In this document: positions 19,037-28,932 of the stretch, piece by piece
How the letters are laid out: each line of letters starts with the position of its first letter
Position numbering within the stretch: the first letter of the stretch is position 1
NCBI GenBank assembly: GCA_963764715.1
Contig: CAVXTP010000022.1
Span: 275,735 to 339,734 of the forward strand
Direction of reading: 5' to 3'
Source: an uncultured Acidobacteriota bacterium
Lineage (GTDB): Bacteria; Acidobacteriota; Thermoanaerobaculia; UBA5066; Gp7-AA6
DNA length: 64,000 nt
Made by a program: the position numbers and the translations under genes
Notes under the pieces: generated by a model
Told to the model about the DNA's origin: nothing
The model's database searches: none
Seen by the model: only the letters and a program-made list of their open reading frames with translations

Positions 19037-19941
19037 AGACCGGGACCGCGCCGTTGCCCGTCCGCGCCCCCGAGTGGATCCGGGCGCGCAAGCTCAGGCT
19101 CTCCGACCTCCACGCGGTCCGCTCCGTCATGCGGGACAACGCGCTCCATACGGTGTGCGAGGAGGCGCGCTGCCCGAACCGGGGCGAGTGCTTCGCCCAG
19201 GGCACCGCGACGTTCCTCCTGCTCGGCGACGTCTGCACCCGGGCCTGCGGTTTCTGCCACATCGCCAACGGGAGACCCCGGCCGGTCGATCCCCTCGAGC
19301 CCGCCCGCGTTCGGGCGGCGGCGGAGCGGATGAAGCTCCGCTTCGTGGTCCTGACGTCGGTCGATCGCGACGACCTTCCCGACGGCGGGGCCTCGCACTT
19401 CGCCGCGGCGATCCGGGCGGTGCGCGCGATCGACCCCGCGCCCGGAGTCGAGGTCCTGACGCCCGACTTCCTCGGGCGCCGGGACTCGCTCGCCGCCGTC
19501 CTCGCGGAGAAGCCCGACGTCTTCAACCACAACGTCGAGACGGTGCCCCGGCTGTACCGCGACGTCCGCCGGGGCGCCAGGCTCGAGCGCTCGCTCGGCC
19601 TGCTCGCCGCGGCCCGTGAGATGGAGCCGGGTCTGACGACCAAGTCCGGCTTCATGCTGGGGCTCGGCGAGCGCGAGGACGAGGTCGAGGATCTCCTCGC
19701 CCGGATGCGCGACGCCGGTGTCGACATCGTGACGATCGGTCAGTACCTGCAGCCCTCGCGCGAGAACCTGCCGGTCGTGGAGTACGTTCGGCCCGAAGTT
19801 TTCGATCGCTACCGCGAGAGGGGCGAGGCCCTCGGCTTCCGGCACGTCTTCGCGGGTCCGTTCGTGCGCTCGTCCTACCACGCCGAGGAGGCGCTCCACG
19901 CCGCCGGAACGGCCTCCGGCGACGCGGCCCGCCCCGTCTAG
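19033..19941 (+). CDS. lipA: lipoyl synthase
   Basis: CxxxxCxxxxxC, radical-SAM cluster CTRACGFC, conserved LipA C-terminus. Confidence 0.9.
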   Translation: MKTGTAPLPVRAPEWIRARKLRLSDLHAVRSVMRDNALHTVCEEARCPNRGECFAQGTATFLLLGDVCTRACGFCHIANGRPRPVDPLEPARVRAAAERMKLRFVVLTSVDRDDLPDGGASHFAAAIRAVRAIDPAPGVEVLTPDFLGRRDSLAAVLAEKPDVFNHNVETVPRLYRDVRRGARLERSLGLLAAAREMEPGLTTKSGFMLGLGEREDEVEDLLARMRDAGVDIVTIGQYLQPSRENLPVVEYVRPEVFDRYRERGEALGFRHVFAGPFVRSSYHAEEALHAAGTASGDAARPV

Positions 19942-19945
19942 CCGC

Positions 19946-21475
19946 GTGGCGGTCGGGACCGGTCGCTGGCGCACCCTCGGGGCGGGCGCCGTTTCGGGGA
20001 TCCTCTTCGCCCTGGCCTTTCCGCCGTTCGGCTGGGTCGTCCTCCTCCCGCTCGCCTTGATCCCCTGGATCGTCGCGCTCTCCGTCGAAGAGAGCCGCAC
20101 GCGGGCGCTCTTCTCCGGCGTCGTCTTCGCCTTCGCCTACTGGTGCCTCTCGATCCGGTGGATCGCCTACGTCGTGACCGTGTACGGGGGACAGAGCGGG
20201 GTCATGGGGATCGTGAGCCTCGGGCTGACCGCGGCGATCCTGTCGCCGCCCTTCGCGCTGGTGGGCTGGGGCATGGTCGCCGTCGCCCGTCCGGGGCGGG
20301 GCGCGCGTCTCGCGGTCTTCCCGCTGCTGTGGGTCGCGGGAGAGCACCTGCGCACGATCTTCGCCGCTGGATTTCCGTGGAACCTGACGGCGCACGCGCT
20401 CTACCGGCACCCCGTCTGGCTCCAGTCGGCGTCCGTCTGGGGGGTCTACGGCGTCGGGGCCGCCGTCGCGGCCGTCTCGGCGCTGCTCGCCCGGGCCGCC
20501 CGGACGCGCCGGCTTCGGCCCGCCGTCATCGCGGCCGGCCTCGTCCTGGCGTTCGGCGTCTTCGGAGCGATGCGGCTCGGCCGCCCCGGGGAGGCGGGGC
20601 CGGAGCTCCCGGTGGCGCTGCTCCAGCCCAACCTGACGGAGGAGGACCGGTCGACGTCCCGCTCCCGGGTCGACGGCTACCTCGCCGTCCTCGCCCAGCT
20701 CGACGAGGCCGCGCGCCGCGGCGCGGAGCTTCTCGTCGTCCCCGAGTCCACGCTGCCGATCACCTGGCAGGGAAGCGAACGCCTGCGAAGCGATCTCGGC
20801 GCGATCGCCGCGCGCGGCCCGATGATCCTCTTCAACGACTTCGAGGAGGAGAGCGAGGAGCGCTACTTCAACGTCGCGCGGCTCCTGGACCGGAACGGCC
20901 TCGCCGGGCCGCCGTACCGCAAGGTGCACCTGGTGCCCTTCGGCGAGTACGTGCCGCTGCCGCGGCTCTTCTTCTTCGTCCGGAGGATCTCGCGGGCCAT
21001 CGGCGAGTTCACCCCGGCGCCGGGCCCGGTGCTCCTGAGGAGCGGGCCGGTCGCGATCGGCGTCGGCGTCTGCTACGAGATCATCTATCCGTCGCTCGCG
21101 CGCCGCGAGGTCGCCGACGGCGCCAACCTGCTGGCGACGGTCTCGAACGATTCCTGGTACGGGCGGGGCGGCGCGCAGCAGCAGCACTTCGCCGGCGCCC
21201 TCCTGCGCTCGGTCGAGACGGAGCGCTACCTCGTGCGGGCCGCGATCACGGGGATCTCGGGGATCGTCGATTCCCGGGGCCGGATCCTCGCCGAATCCCG
21301 GCCGGACGAGAAGGCCATCGTGTTCGGACGGGTGCGGCTCGAAACGGCGATGACGCCGTGGACGCGCTGGGGCCATCGGCTTCCGGCCGTCGCCGACGCC
21401 GCCGCGCTCGCCGTGCTAATCTTCGGCCTCGCGCGCGCCGGACGCGGCCGCCCGCGACCCATGACCTCCGCATGA
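19946..21475 (+). CDS. lnt: apolipoprotein N-acyltransferase
   Basis: 509 aa; N-terminal multi-TM domain plus C-terminal CN-hydrolase domain (E-K-C triad region VGVCYE); GTG start. Confidence 0.85.
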   Translation: MAVGTGRWRTLGAGAVSGILFALAFPPFGWVVLLPLALIPWIVALSVEESRTRALFSGVVFAFAYWCLSIRWIAYVVTVYGGQSGVMGIVSLGLTAAILSPPFALVGWGMVAVARPGRGARLAVFPLLWVAGEHLRTIFAAGFPWNLTAHALYRHPVWLQSASVWGVYGVGAAVAAVSALLARAARTRRLRPAVIAAGLVLAFGVFGAMRLGRPGEAGPELPVALLQPNLTEEDRSTSRSRVDGYLAVLAQLDEAARRGAELLVVPESTLPITWQGSERLRSDLGAIAARGPMILFNDFEEESEERYFNVARLLDRNGLAGPPYRKVHLVPFGEYVPLPRLFFFVRRISRAIGEFTPAPGPVLLRSGPVAIGVGVCYEIIYPSLARREVADGANLLATVSNDSWYGRGGAQQQHFAGALLRSVETERYLVRAAITGISGIVDSRGRILAESRPDEKAIVFGRVRLETAMTPWTRWGHRLPAVADAAALAVLIFGLARAGRGRPRPMTSA

Positions 21476-22594
21476 CCGAACGCGACGATCTCGTCTCCGC
21501 TCTCGGGGCCGCCTCGGAGCGCCTGCTGGCGCTTCGCGGCTATCTTTGATCAGGACGCCGCGCGGAGCGCGCTCGACGCCCTGAGGGAGAAGGCCGCCGC
21601 GCCCGACTTCTGGTCGCGGCCGGAGGAGGCCCAGGAGAACCAGCGTCAGACCCGGGGGCTCGAAAAGAAGATCGAGAGCGTGAAGCGTCTCGACGATCTT
21701 CGGAGCGAGCTCGAGGCCTTCGCCGAGCTCCTCGGCGAAGGCGAGCCGGCCGACAAGGAGGCCCGGGAATCGCTCGCGGCGGCGACGTCGTTCGCCGACG
21801 AGCTCGAGCTCGCGGTCAAGATGGGCGCGCCCGAGGACGCGAAGAACGCGTGGATGTCGATCCACGCCGGCGCCGGCGGGACGGAGTCCCAGGACTGGGC
21901 CGAGATGCTCCTCCGGATGTACATGCGCTTCGCCGAGTCGCGCGGCTGGAAGGCCGAGCTCATCGACCGGCAGGACGGCGAGGAGGCGGGCATCAAGAGC
22001 GCCACGCTCCACATCGTCGGCGACCACGCCTACGGGTACCTCCGGGGCGAGATGGGCGTCCACCGCCTCGTCCGGATCTCGCCCTTCGACGCGGCGCAGC
22101 GCCGGCACACCTCGTTCGCGTCCGTCTACATGGCCCCCGAGATCGACGACGACATCGAGATCGAGGTCGCCGACAAGGACATCCGCGTGGACACCTATCG
22201 CTCGAGCGGCGCCGGCGGACAGCACGTCAACGTCACGGACTCGGCCGTGCGCATCACCCACCTGCCGACGGGGATCGTCGTGACCTGCCAGAACGAGCGC
22301 AGCCAGGGCCGCAACCGCGAGATGGCGATGCGGGTCCTCAAGGCCCGCCTCTACCAGAAGGCCCTCGACGAGCGCCGCGCCGACGAGGAGAAGCGCGCCG
22401 GAGAAAAGAAGGCGATCGAGTGGGGAAGCCAGATCCGTTCGTACGTCCTCCACCCCTACCGCATGGTCAAGGACCACCGCACGGGCTTCGAGAGCGGCGA
22501 CACGGACCGCGTGCTCGACGGGGGCCTGACGCCCTTCGTGGAGGCCTACCTGAAGTCGGCGGCGGACGGCAGCCGCGCCCGTGCCTCCTCCTGA
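21472..22594 (+). CDS. prfB: peptide chain release factor 2, programmed +1 frameshift: join(21472..21546,21548..22594)
   Basis: Frame 1 MTERDDLVSALGAASERLLALRGYL then in-frame TGA within CTT TGA; +1 frame continues DQDAARSALD... through SPF and GGQ (SGAGGQHVNVTDSAVRITH) motifs; ATG overlaps lnt stop (ATGA). Confidence 0.9.
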
Positions 22595-23177
22595 CCTGGG
22601 TCCGGGCGAGTCGCCGGGCGTTCCTCCCTGGATGGCCGAGGTCCGGGCGCGCCTGGCGGGACGCGAGCGCGTCGGCCTCGAGCCGTCCGAGGGCCAGCGC
22701 CGGGCGGGCGTGCTCGTGCCCCTCTACGTCCGCGACGGCTCGCTCTGGGTCCTTCTGACCAAGCGCACCGAGAGCGTCGAGCGGCACCGCGGCCAGATCG
22801 CGTTCCCCGGCGGCGCCGAGGAGGAGGACGACGGGACCCTGTACCGGACGGCCCTGCGCGAGACCGAGGAAGAGGTCGGCGTCTCTCCGGCCGACGTGAG
22901 GTACCTCGGGGCCCTCTCGGCGCTCGCGACCGTCACCGACTACTACGTCGAGCCCTACGTCGCGGCGATCCCGCACCCCTACCCGTTCCGGCTGCAGGAA
23001 ACCGAGATCGCCGGGCTCGTCGAGGTCCCGCTGCCGGCCGTGCTCGATCCGAAGGCGCTCGAGACGCGCCCGTTTCCGGGGCGCGAGGAGCCGGTCCTTT
23101 TCTACCACTACGGCGACCACGTGATCTGGGGCGCGACGGCGCGGATGCTGAAGGAGCTGCTCGACGCGCTGCGCTGA
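22581..23177 (+). CDS. NUDIX hydrolase, CoA pyrophosphatase (NudL-like)
   Basis: Nudix box GQIAFPGGAEEEDDGTLYRTALRETEEEVG. Confidence 0.75.
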   Translation: MPPPDLGPGESPGVPPWMAEVRARLAGRERVGLEPSEGQRRAGVLVPLYVRDGSLWVLLTKRTESVERHRGQIAFPGGAEEEDDGTLYRTALRETEEEVGVSPADVRYLGALSALATVTDYYVEPYVAAIPHPYPFRLQETEIAGLVEVPLPAVLDPKALETRPFPGREEPVLFYHYGDHVIWGATARMLKELLDALR

Positions 23178-23186
23178 CGGGACCGG

Positions 23187-23945
23187 TCAGTGCGGCCGGG
23201 CGGCGGCTCTCTGGGGAACGAGGGCGATGCAAGCCACGATGAAGGCGAGCAGGGCGGCCGTCGCCGAATAGCGGCTCAACGCGAGGCCCCCGGCCTCGGC
23301 CGGCTTGTCGAGGAAATCGCCGACGACCGCGCCGAGCGGCCGCGTGAGGATGAAGGCCGCCCAGAAGAGCGCCGTGTGCGAGGCGGAGGTCCACCGGTAG
23401 GCGGCGGCGACGAGGGCGAGGGCCGCCCCGAAGAGGACAGCGCTTCCGAGGTATCCGAGCCCGGCGGAGTCCGCCGTCCAGTCGCCGAGAGCCGTGCCGA
23501 GCGTCTGCGAGAACATGATCGTGAGCCAGTAGAAGATCTCGGCCTTCGGAGAGCGCACGGTGTCGATCGCCACGGTGCCGAGGGACCGGTGCCAGAGGAA
23601 GAGGGTCCCCAGGAGGAGCGCCAGCAGCAGCGACGACCCGCCGGCATACCCGATTCCCAGGGAACGGTCGGTCCAGTCCGCGAGCGTCGTGCCGAGGGTC
23701 GTCGTGGCGACGATCGTCGTCCAGTAGAGCCAGGGGTTGAACCGCCGGGCGGAGATCTGCGCGGCGACCGCGACGGCAAAGACGGCCGCGAAGATCGCCG
23801 TGCCGACGAGGTAGCCGAGGTCCATCGACATCGACACCGCATCGCCGCCGGTCTCGCCGAGCGTCGTGGCGGCGATCTTGACGAGCCAGAACGTGAGCGT
23901 GACCGCGGGAACCTTGCTCGGGCTCTCCGGACGGGTCGGCGTCAC
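23187..23945 (-). CDS. membrane protein with four tandem TTLG-x-x-(L/G)-x-D(W) repeat helices (COG4705-like)
   Basis: Repeats ATTLGETGGD, TTTLGTTLADW, QTLGTALGDW, RPLGAVVGDF, each inside a hydrophobic segment; start at GTG 23945 (alternative ATG 23831). Confidence 0.5.
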   Translation of the reverse strand: MTPTRPESPSKVPAVTLTFWLVKIAATTLGETGGDAVSMSMDLGYLVGTAIFAAVFAVAVAAQISARRFNPWLYWTTIVATTTLGTTLADWTDRSLGIGYAGGSSLLLALLLGTLFLWHRSLGTVAIDTVRSPKAEIFYWLTIMFSQTLGTALGDWTADSAGLGYLGSAVLFGAALALVAAAYRWTSASHTALFWAAFILTRPLGAVVGDFLDKPAEAGGLALSRYSATAALLAFIVACIALVPQRAAARPH

Positions 23946-24838
23946 TTCGCCGGGAGTGAGGTGTGCGCGTATTCCTTTTCCCCGGCCTCGACCGCGATCG
24001 GCAGGCGGTTCTGCGGCGGGGGCAGGGGGCAGGTCGCGTAGTCGGTGAAGACGCAGGGCGGGTTGTACGCCTTGTTGAAGTCGATCACGGTCCTTCCGTC
24101 GACGGGCGGGGCGACGTACAGGAACCGGCCGGCCCCGTAGGTCGACGTTCCGTTGGTGCGGTCCCCGAAGATCACAAAGTAGTCCGTCTCGCCGCGTTCG
24201 AGGACGGGGTCCAGCCGGTACGTCTTCCCGCGATGCTCGAAGACGATCGCGCCGGGGGATTTCTCGGCATTGTCCTGGCCGAGGACGTTCGGGACGGAAA
24301 TCGAGCGCGGCGGGTCGTAGGGCTCGAACCGGGCCTCGATTCGCCAGGACGGGTCGATCGGGAAGTAGTCGAGGCCGTGGAAGCCGCGGCGGGCCTCGCT
24401 CTGGCCGTCCTTGACGCGCACGCCGACCTTGTCGCCGCGCCGGATGAGGTAGAAGAGGAGGCTCCCGCGGCGGAGCATGGTCGTCTCCTCGTCGGCGTCC
24501 GAGGCGAGGACGACGGGCCCGGTGACGGGGCCCCCGTTGGCCGTCAGGTCGGCGCCGGGGGCCGGGCGGAGCGTCGCGCGGCCCGCCGCGAGGTCGATCG
24601 AGCCGAGGCGGGCCGGCGACGCGGGCGCTGGAAGGCGGACCCGGCTGCCGGGCGCGCTGCCGACCGCATTCTCGCCCTCCTCCAGCCAGAAGAGCCCGAC
24701 GACCGACAGCCATCCGTCCTCGGCGCGGAGCTTCGCGACCCGCCGGTCGCGCCACGCCTCGATGTCGGCGCGGTAGGCCGCGCTCGGAGGGTCGACCGTC
24801 GGGGCGAGCATCAGCAGGACGAGGGGGAGAATCCCCAC
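23942..24838 (-). CDS. DUF1684-family protein
   Basis: 298 aa from a GTG immediately after the TPR gene stop; C-terminal FLYVAPPVDG...YNPPCVFTDYATCPLPP is characteristic of DUF1684. Confidence 0.65.
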   Translation of the reverse strand: MGILPLVLLMLAPTVDPPSAAYRADIEAWRDRRVAKLRAEDGWLSVVGLFWLEEGENAVGSAPGSRVRLPAPASPARLGSIDLAAGRATLRPAPGADLTANGGPVTGPVVLASDADEETTMLRRGSLLFYLIRRGDKVGVRVKDGQSEARRGFHGLDYFPIDPSWRIEARFEPYDPPRSISVPNVLGQDNAEKSPGAIVFEHRGKTYRLDPVLERGETDYFVIFGDRTNGTSTYGAGRFLYVAPPVDGRTVIDFNKAYNPPCVFTDYATCPLPPPQNRLPIAVEAGEKEYAHTSLPAK

Positions 24839-24839
24839 G

Positions 24840-26462
24840 CTAGGAGGCGGCCTTCTCCAGCGCCGCGAGCTCGTTGGAGCGGGCGAGATTCGTCTTCGCC
24901 GCCTCGAAGCTGCCGTCGAGGGAGATCGCCTTCTCGAAGGCCTCCGCGGCCCCGGCGTAGTTGCCCCGGGAGGCCCGCGCGACCCCGAGGTTGTTCCAGA
25001 GCGCCGGGGACTTCGTGTTGCTCTCGATCGCCTTCGCGAGGGCGTCCTCCGCTTCGGCGAGCTTTCCGGCGGAGGTGAGCACGGCGCCGAGCGACGCGGC
25101 GGCCTCCTCGTTGAGCGGCTCGAGGGTGAGGGCGGTGGCGTAGGCGGTGGCCGCGGCGTCGAGGTCGTTCTGCGCGGCGCGGACCTGCCCGAGCGCCGTC
25201 CAGACGCCGGCGTCGTTGGGGGCGAGGCGCGCGGCCTCGGCGAGCTCGCGCTCGGACTCCTTCCACATGCTCTTCTTGCGGTAGGCGCGCCCGAGGTTCT
25301 CGTGGTACACGGGGCGCGTTCCGTCGAGGCGGACGGCCTCGATGAGCTCCTCGATCGACCGGTCCATCTCGTCGGACCGGAAGAGGAACACGCCGAAGTC
25401 GTTCCGGGCCGCGGCCGAGGCGGGATCGATCTCGATCGCGCGGCCGAACGCGATGCGCGCCGCGCTCTTGTCGCCGAGCTCGCCCATGGCCCGGCCGAGC
25501 CCGCGGGCCGCCGCGACGTCCTTCGGATCGAGGTCGAGGGCCCGGCGGTAGAGGCTCGCGGCGGTGTTCCATTTCTTCTGCTGCTCGGCGAGCGCGGCCA
25601 GGCCGAAGACGGCCCGGGCGTTGCCCGGCTCGAGCACGATGGCGGCGGTGAACTCGCGCTCGGCCTCGGCCGGCTGGCCCCCGAGGAGCGCGGCGTCGCC
25701 GAGGAGCCGGTGGGCCTCGGCGTTCTTGGGGTCGGCGTCGGAGGCGAGGCGGGCGAAGGAGGCGGCCGCCCGGTAGTCACCGGCGGAGAGCGCCTTCTCG
25801 GCGCTGTCGATCATGGGCGCGATGGCGGGGACGGGGCCGCCGGGCGCGGCGACGCCGGCGTCGAGGGGAGCGCCGATCGGCGCCGAGCTGACGAGCGCCT
25901 TCTCGAGGTCCGCGGCATGCTGCCGGGCCGCGTCGGCTTCCGTCGTGCGCCCGAGCTTGTCGTTGGCCTCGGCCTGGATGCGGGCGACCTCCGGGTCCTT
26001 GGAGCCCGCGGCGCGCTTGAGGTCGAAGAGCGCCTCCTCGGCCTTGCCGTCGGCGATCTTGGCGCGGGCGGAGCGCTTGAGCTCCTCGACGTCGATCGCG
26101 GGGACGTGTTGGCCCGAAAGCTCGGCGCGCACGGCCGCGGCGAGGTTGGCGAAGTCCGGACTGTAGAAGTCCGGGATGACCTGGAGGTCGGGGCGGGCCT
26201 GGAGCGCGGCCTTGAGCTGCTCGCGCGCGCTCTTCGAGTTGCCCGCGATGTAGTAGGCCCAGCCGCTCTGGAGCGCGAGCTCCGCCTTGCGCTCGTTGGA
26301 GAGCCCGGCCGCCTCCGCGGCGCGCGCGTATTTCTCGGCGGCCTCCTTGAAGCGGCCCGAGTCGAACGCCTTCTTGGCGTCGGCTTCGAGCTTCGGATCC
26401 TGCGCGAGGGCGGCCCCGGACAGGAGGCCGAGGGCGAGAGCGAGGGCGGCCAATCGTCGCAT
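24840..26462 (-). CDS. TPR-repeat protein, secreted
   Basis: Start MRRLAALALALGLLSGAALA with GGAGG RBS; more than 8 TPR units. Confidence 0.7.
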   Translation of the reverse strand: MRRLAALALALGLLSGAALAQDPKLEADAKKAFDSGRFKEAAEKYARAAEAAGLSNERKAELALQSGWAYYIAGNSKSAREQLKAALQARPDLQVIPDFYSPDFANLAAAVRAELSGQHVPAIDVEELKRSARAKIADGKAEEALFDLKRAAGSKDPEVARIQAEANDKLGRTTEADAARQHAADLEKALVSSAPIGAPLDAGVAAPGGPVPAIAPMIDSAEKALSAGDYRAAASFARLASDADPKNAEAHRLLGDAALLGGQPAEAEREFTAAIVLEPGNARAVFGLAALAEQQKKWNTAASLYRRALDLDPKDVAAARGLGRAMGELGDKSAARIAFGRAIEIDPASAAARNDFGVFLFRSDEMDRSIEELIEAVRLDGTRPVYHENLGRAYRKKSMWKESERELAEAARLAPNDAGVWTALGQVRAAQNDLDAAATAYATALTLEPLNEEAAASLGAVLTSAGKLAEAEDALAKAIESNTKSPALWNNLGVARASRGNYAGAAEAFEKAISLDGSFEAAKTNLARSNELAALEKAAS

Positions 26463-28303
26463 CAATTGCCTCCGGGGGCCGCCGGCGAGGGCGGCGCCGC
26501 GTTCCACGTCTTCGGCGAGCCTTCCGGAACGTCGATCTTCTCGGTCAGGGGGTTGGCGCCCTCGCGCGACAGCGTGACGCTGTAGGAGCCCGGCGGCAGC
26601 TTGAGGCGCGCCGCGTCGGGCAGCGTGCCGCGGAACTTGCCGTCGACGAGCACGCGCGCCCCGGCCCAGCCCGGCGCCTGGATCACGAGCATCGAGATCG
26701 GGAACTGGTAGTGCACGCGGTTCTCGGACTTCGGGCCGACGTGGAACTTCTTCTCGTAGGGCGGGAAGTCCCTGGCCACCAGGCGGACCGTGTGCTCGCC
26801 CTCGTCGAGCGTGAGCGTCCGGGCCGGAATGGACGGACCGATCGTCTTCCCGTCGACCGAGAGCGTCGCGACCGGGATCGAGGAGAACTGGACCTTGAAC
26901 TGCTGCGGTGCGGCCGGCTTCGCCGTCGGCTGCGCTTCCGGGGCCGCGGTCGCCGCCGGTGCGGCGGCCGCGGGAGGCGGGACCGGGGCCGGGACGGCGG
27001 GCGCCTCGCCGGCGCCGAGCTTCGGCTCCGGGAAATCGAGGGCCGGCGTCGGCGCGGCGGGGGCCGGCGTGGGGGCCGCGGGCGCCGGGGCGGGCGCGAC
27101 GCCCGGCCGGGTCACGACGTAGGCGACGGCGACGGCGACGATGATCGCGAACACCGTGCCGCCGATCACCATGCGCGTTGTTCCGACGCCCGGCGCGGGC
27201 GCGATGGCCGCGTCGATCGCGCGCCGCGAGGTCTCGTCGACGAGCGACTCGGCGGAGGGGTCGCGGAAGTTGACGAGCTCGAGGTTCGGCCGGGCGCCCG
27301 ACATCGCCCCGGAGATGGGCGTCCGGTCGGACGGCGACGGCGCCCGCGCGAGGGCGCCGGACGGGGGAGTGATGTTAACCCGGTTCGCGACGACGCCGCT
27401 CGACGGAGTCGCCAGCGTCGTGTCGAGATCTTCGTCCTTCCGGACGGTGCGGACCGTGTCGCCCTGGACGGCGGGGTACATCCCGGAGCCGCCGACGAGC
27501 TCGCGGTGGATGGCGTGGAGGTCTTTCCGGAACGCCTCCATCGTCGGGTACCGCTCCGCCGGGACCTTGTCCATCGCGCGGCTGACGGCCGCGATCAGGG
27601 AGGGCGGCGCGTCCTGCACCAGCGCGTCGATCGGCTCGGGCGTTTCGTTGAGGATCTTGTAGAGCACCGTCGAGAGGTGCTCGCCCCGGAACGGCTTGCG
27701 GTAGGTCAGCAGCTCGTAGGCGAGGACGCCGAGCGCGAAGATGTCGGTGCGGCCGTCGATCGGCTCGCCGCGGATCTGCTCGGGGGCGAGGTACGCGGAG
27801 GTGCCGAGGGTGATCCCCGTCTGCGTCAGGTTCGACTCGGTCTGCAGCGACTTGGCGATCCCGAAGTCCATGACCTTGACCGTGCCGTCGTCGAGGACCC
27901 GCACGTTGGCGGGTTTGACGTCCCGGTGGACGATCGAGGCGCCGTGGGCGTACCCCAGGCCGTCGGCGATCGCCATCAGGATCTCGACCTTGCGCGACAT
28001 GGGGATCGGATCGCCGCGTTTGATCTTCTTGTCGAGGTCCTCGCCGGTCAGGAACTCCTGGACGATGTAGGGGATCCCGTTCTCGACGCCGAAGTCGTAG
28101 ATCGTCGTGATGTGGCGGTGGTGGAGGTTGCCGGCGAGCTCCGCCTCGCGAAAGAACCGGTGCTTGATCTCGTCGTCGTTGACCTGGCAGGTCTTGATCG
28201 CGACGGTGCGCTTGATGAACGGATCCCGGCCCCGGTAGACGGCGCCGAAGCCGCCGACGCCGATCTGCTCCGAGACCTCGTATTTTCCGATTTTGTCGAG
28301 CAT
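26462..28303 (-). CDS. Hanks-type Ser/Thr protein kinase with TM segment and C-terminal PEGA domain
   Basis: GVGGFGAVYRG, AIK, HRDVKPAN, DFG, APE kinase subdomains; Pro/Ala-rich linker; C-terminal PEGA-like beta domain; start MLDKIGKYEV. Confidence 0.85.
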   Translation of the reverse strand: MLDKIGKYEVSEQIGVGGFGAVYRGRDPFIKRTVAIKTCQVNDDEIKHRFFREAELAGNLHHRHITTIYDFGVENGIPYIVQEFLTGEDLDKKIKRGDPIPMSRKVEILMAIADGLGYAHGASIVHRDVKPANVRVLDDGTVKVMDFGIAKSLQTESNLTQTGITLGTSAYLAPEQIRGEPIDGRTDIFALGVLAYELLTYRKPFRGEHLSTVLYKILNETPEPIDALVQDAPPSLIAAVSRAMDKVPAERYPTMEAFRKDLHAIHRELVGGSGMYPAVQGDTVRTVRKDEDLDTTLATPSSGVVANRVNITPPSGALARAPSPSDRTPISGAMSGARPNLELVNFRDPSAESLVDETSRRAIDAAIAPAPGVGTTRMVIGGTVFAIIVAVAVAYVVTRPGVAPAPAPAAPTPAPAAPTPALDFPEPKLGAGEAPAVPAPVPPPAAAAPAATAAPEAQPTAKPAAPQQFKVQFSSIPVATLSVDGKTIGPSIPARTLTLDEGEHTVRLVARDFPPYEKKFHVGPKSENRVHYQFPISMLVIQAPGWAGARVLVDGKFRGTLPDAARLKLPPGSYSVTLSREGANPLTEKIDVPEGSPKTWNAAPPSPAAPGGN

Positions 28304-28377
28304 CCGTCCGCCGCGAACCCCGTTAGTGTAAACGAACGCCGAGCGGGCGGAAACCATTCGCGCAAAAGGGGCTAGCG

Positions 28378-28932
28378 ATGGGTAGACTGGGTCTCGTGCG
28401 GCGAGCCTGGTCGGCCATTCCCGCGATCGTCCTGGCGGCGGGCGCAGCCGCGTGCCGGAAGAACGAGCCCGGGCGACTCGATCCCGTTCAGGCGATCCGC
28501 AGCCGCGTCGAGCCGGCTTTCCGTGCGCCGGCGGACGGGCGCCTGACCCAGGCCCAGCTCGACAAGTACTTCAAGGTCCGACGCGCGGCCCGAGGCGCCA
28601 CCTCCGACGCCGACGCGGCGCGGGGCGTCGGCGTCGATCCGGCCGAGTTCGACTGGATCCGGGGGCGGATCATCGAGGCCCTCGCGGTGCTCGACGCGCG
28701 GCGGGTCGCCGAAGGGGGCCTCGAGAGCTACGCGCGGGCGATCGCGTCGCTGCGGGCGGCCCGCGAGTCGGCCGCCGATTCGAAGACGGCGGCCCGCATC
28801 GACGCGGAGATCGCGGCGCTCGAGCGCGAGCGCGCGACGCTCCGCCGCCCCGACCTCGCGGCCCCGGCGGCCGTCGCGAACGCCGCGCGCGTCGAGGCGA
28901 GGCGAGCGGAGATCGAGGCGCTGGGTCCGTGA
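28378..28932 (+). CDS. putative lipoprotein (lipobox LAAGAAAC)
   Basis: 184 aa, signal peptide followed by Cys; Ala/Arg-rich helical body. Confidence 0.5.
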   Translation: MGRLGLVRRAWSAIPAIVLAAGAAACRKNEPGRLDPVQAIRSRVEPAFRAPADGRLTQAQLDKYFKVRRAARGATSDADAARGVGVDPAEFDWIRGRIIEALAVLDARRVAEGGLESYARAIASLRAARESAADSKTAARIDAEIAALERERATLRRPDLAAPAAVANAARVEARRAEIEALGP

